Assembly: GCF_000195955.2 (NCBI RefSeq)
Contig: NC_000962.3
Span: forward strand, 90,001 to 122,000
DNA length: 32,000 bases
DNA from: Mycobacterium tuberculosis H37Rv
GTDB taxonomy: Bacteria > Actinomycetota > Actinomycetes > Mycobacteriales > Mycobacteriaceae
Direction: 5' to 3'
Part shown: positions 29,915 through 32,000 of the stretch, piece after piece
Position numbering within the stretch: position 1 is the stretch's first letter
How the letters are laid out: the number at the start of each line of letters is the position of its first letter
Translations under genes and position numbers: made by a program
Notes under the pieces: generated by a model
Told to the model about the DNA's origin: nothing
What the model saw: the letters and a program-made list of their open reading frames with translations, nothing else
Databases searched by the model: none

Positions 29915-32000
29915 CTATTGAGCGCCAAAATTGCGTAGCCGCAAGCTGTTTGACACGACGAAAAATGACGAGAACGCCATGGCGGCACCGGCGATCAAAG
30001 GGTTGAGCAGTCCGGCGGCGGCAATCGGGATGGCTGCGACGTTGTACCCGAACGCCCAGATCATGTTCATCCGGATCGTCCGCATGGTTGCACGGGCCAG
30101 GTCCAGCGCCTGCGGAACAGTATTCAGATCATCGCGCACCAGAATGATGTCGGCTGCACCGAGCGCGACGTCGGTGCCACGCCCGATCGCCAACCCCAAG
30201 TCGGCACCCACCAACGCGGGACCGTCGTTGATGCCGTCACCGACCATGGCGACGGTATGTCCTTCCTCGCGGAGCCGTTGGATCACGTCGACCTTGCCTT
30301 CGGGCAGCATATCGGCGACAGCGGAGTCGATGCCGACCTGCGCCGCCACCGCGTCGGCGGCGGCCCGATTGTCGCCGGTGAGCAGAATCGTCCGCAGCCC
30401 GCGGCTGCGTAGCGCAGCGACGGCGGCAGCCGCTGAATCCTTGAGGGTGTCGGCGATTGTCAGGGCTGCGCGGACGACACCGTCGACCGACACAAAAACG
30501 ACAGTCTCGCCTCGGGATTCGCCGTCCAGGCGCGCGGACACCAGAGCCGCGTCGTGGCAGGGCGTGGTCCGGGTAATCCAGGATGGCTTGCCGACCTCAA
30601 CGTGATGGCCGCCGACTTCCCCCGATACACCGCAGCCCGCGACGGCGACAAACCCGTTGACTGGACCCGGATCCGGCGAAGCGGCAACGATGGCCGCCGC
30701 CATCGCATGCTCGGAAGCCGATTCGACAGCGGCGGCGAGGCCAAGCACTTCCTCGCGATCTCGCTCGCTGGTGCCTGAACCTGCCATTGTTACGGTGCTC
30801 ACCGCCAGCTGCCCAACCGTCAACGTGCCGGTCTTGTCGAACACCACGGTGTCGATGCTCCGGATGGTTTCCAGTGCCCGGTACCCCTTGATAAAGATCC
30901 CTAGCTGCGCTCCCCGTCCGGAAGCAACCATCATGGCGGTAGGTGTCGCGAGCCCAAGCGCACACGGGCACGCGATCACCAACACCCCTAGCGTGACCGA
31001 GAACGCGCGATCCGCGCCTGCGCCGCTGACGAGCCAGGCCGCACCTGCAAGTCCAGCAATGACGAAAACCACCGGCACGAACACGCCCGCGATGTGGTCG
31101 GCGAGGCGCTGGGCACGCGCCTTCTGCGTCTGGGCTTGCTCCACGAGGCGGACCATCGCGGCGAACTGGGTATCGGCCCCTACCGCGGTGGCCTCGATGA
31201 CCAGGCGGCCGTCCATCACGACCGTGCCCCCCACGACCGAGGCCGCCGGATAGGCACGGACCGGCTTGGCCTCACCGGTCATGGCGCTCATATCGATCGC
31301 CGCGCTGCCGTCGACAACGACTCCGTCAGCTGCGATGGTTTCCCCCGGCCGCGTCACGAAGCGCTGGCGCTTCTTGAGTTCGCTCGCCGGTATCACTAGC
31401 TCCGCGCCGTCGGGCAGCAGCACCGCCACATTCTTGGCGCCTAGCTCCGCCAGCGCACGCAGCGCGCTGCCGGCCTTGGACTTGGCTCGTGCTTCAAAGT
31501 AACGACCGGCAAGAACGAAGACGGTCACACCGGCCGCGACCTCGAGGTAGATCGAGTCGCTGTTGAGAATGGCCCGCCAGATTCCCGAGCCTTCCCGTGG
31601 CGGCTGATCGCCGAAGACGGACGAAAGCGACCAGGCGGTGGCGGCCACGATCCCGACCGAGATCAGCGTTTCCATGGATGTCGTCCGGTGGCGCGCGTTT
31701 CGCAGCGCGACCGAGTGGAAGGGCCATGCGGCCCAGGTCACAACCGGAGCGGCCAGGGCCGTCAATATGTATCCCCAGCCGGGAACCCTGGCGCTGGGGA
31801 CGATCGCGAACAACGTCGACAGGTCAGCCAGCGGCACGAACAACACCGCCGCGACTAGCAGCCGCCGCAGCAGTCTGCGGGCGTGGGCGCCGTCGGGATC
31901 CTTTGTCCGTTTGTCTAGGACGGTTGTCTCGGTGTGCGGTGCCGCGTGGTATCCGGCTTTCTCGACCACCCCGCACAGCTCATCGGCTGCCATGCCCACG
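29915..32000 (-). CDS. ctpB: Copper-type P1B ATPase CtpB, N-terminus beyond the window edge
   Basis: Minus-strand ORF with [66 protein letters not shown]. Open through the window edge and closely paralogous to ctpA. Confidence 0.95.
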   Translation of the reverse strand, partial: VGMAADELCGVVEKAGYHAAPHTETTVLDKRTKDPDGAHARRLLRRLLVAAVLFVPLADLSTLFAIVPSARVPGWGYILTALAAPVVTWAAWPFHSVALRNARHRTTSMETLISVGIVAATAWSLSSVFGDQPPREGSGIWRAILNSDSIYLEVAAGVTVFVLAGRYFEARAKSKAGSALRALAELGAKNVAVLLPDGAELVIPASELKKRQRFVTRPGETIAADGVVVDGSAAIDMSAMTGEAKPVRAYPAASVVGGTVVMDGRLVIEATAVGADTQFAAMVRLVEQAQTQKARAQRLADHIAGVFVPVVFVIAGLAGAAWLVSGAGADRAFSVTLGVLVIACPCALGLATPTAMMVASGRGAQLGIFIKGYRALETIRSIDTVVFDKTGTLTVGQLAVSTVTMAGSGTSERDREEVLGLAAAVESASEHAMAAAIVAASPDPGPVNGFVAVAGCGVSGEVGGHHVEVGKPSWITRTTPCHDAALVSARLDGESRGETVVFVSVDGVVRAALTIADTLKDSAAAAVAALRSRGLRTILLTGDNRAAADAVAAQVGIDSAVADMLPEGKVDVIQRLREEGHTVAMVGDGINDGPALVGADLGLAIGRGTDVALGAADIILVRDDLNTVPQALDLARATMRTIRMNMIWAFGYNVAAIPIAAAGLLNPLIAGAAMAFSSFFVVSNSLRLRNFGAQ

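Noticed and set aside
1-32000. CRISPR arrays, tRNA or rRNA genes
   Set aside because: I saw no regularly spaced direct repeats and no recognisable tRNA cloverleaf or rRNA sequence when reading the window. A tRNAscan-SE/CRISPRfinder run would be needed to exclude them formally.

Overview
GC-rich actinobacterial chromosomal window that I recognise as the Mycobacterium tuberculosis complex region around Rv0082-Rv0103c. Left part (2-6892): a tightly coupled six-gene operon for a complex I/group 4 hydrogenase-like membrane complex (NuoB-like, two antiporter-like subunits, HycD, HycP/HyfE-like, HycE). The HycE-like subunit appears to lack the Ni-binding cysteines. Middle: SRPBCC protein, methyltransferase, DUF2127-like membrane protein, MTA/SAH nucleosidase, copper-type P1B ATPase ctpA, an orphan zf-HC2 anti-sigma-like membrane protein, and a decayed REP13E12 (DUF222/HNH) element. 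Right: the PPE1 - Fe(II)/2OG oxygenase-like - FcoT thioesterase - FadD10 - ACP - two-module NRPS operon (isonitrile lipopeptide / metallophore type), followed by a CopD-CtaG fusion and a second, inverted P1B ATPase, ctpB (truncated by the window end). The most interesting observations are the metal-transport genes bracketing the isonitrile-lipopeptide cluster, the hydrogenase-like complex without an obvious Ni site, a duplicated ~60-nt palindrome-containing element flanking the SRPBCC gene, two compensating frameshifts in the REP13E12 element, and tandem hairpins between nrp and the CopD-CtaG gene.
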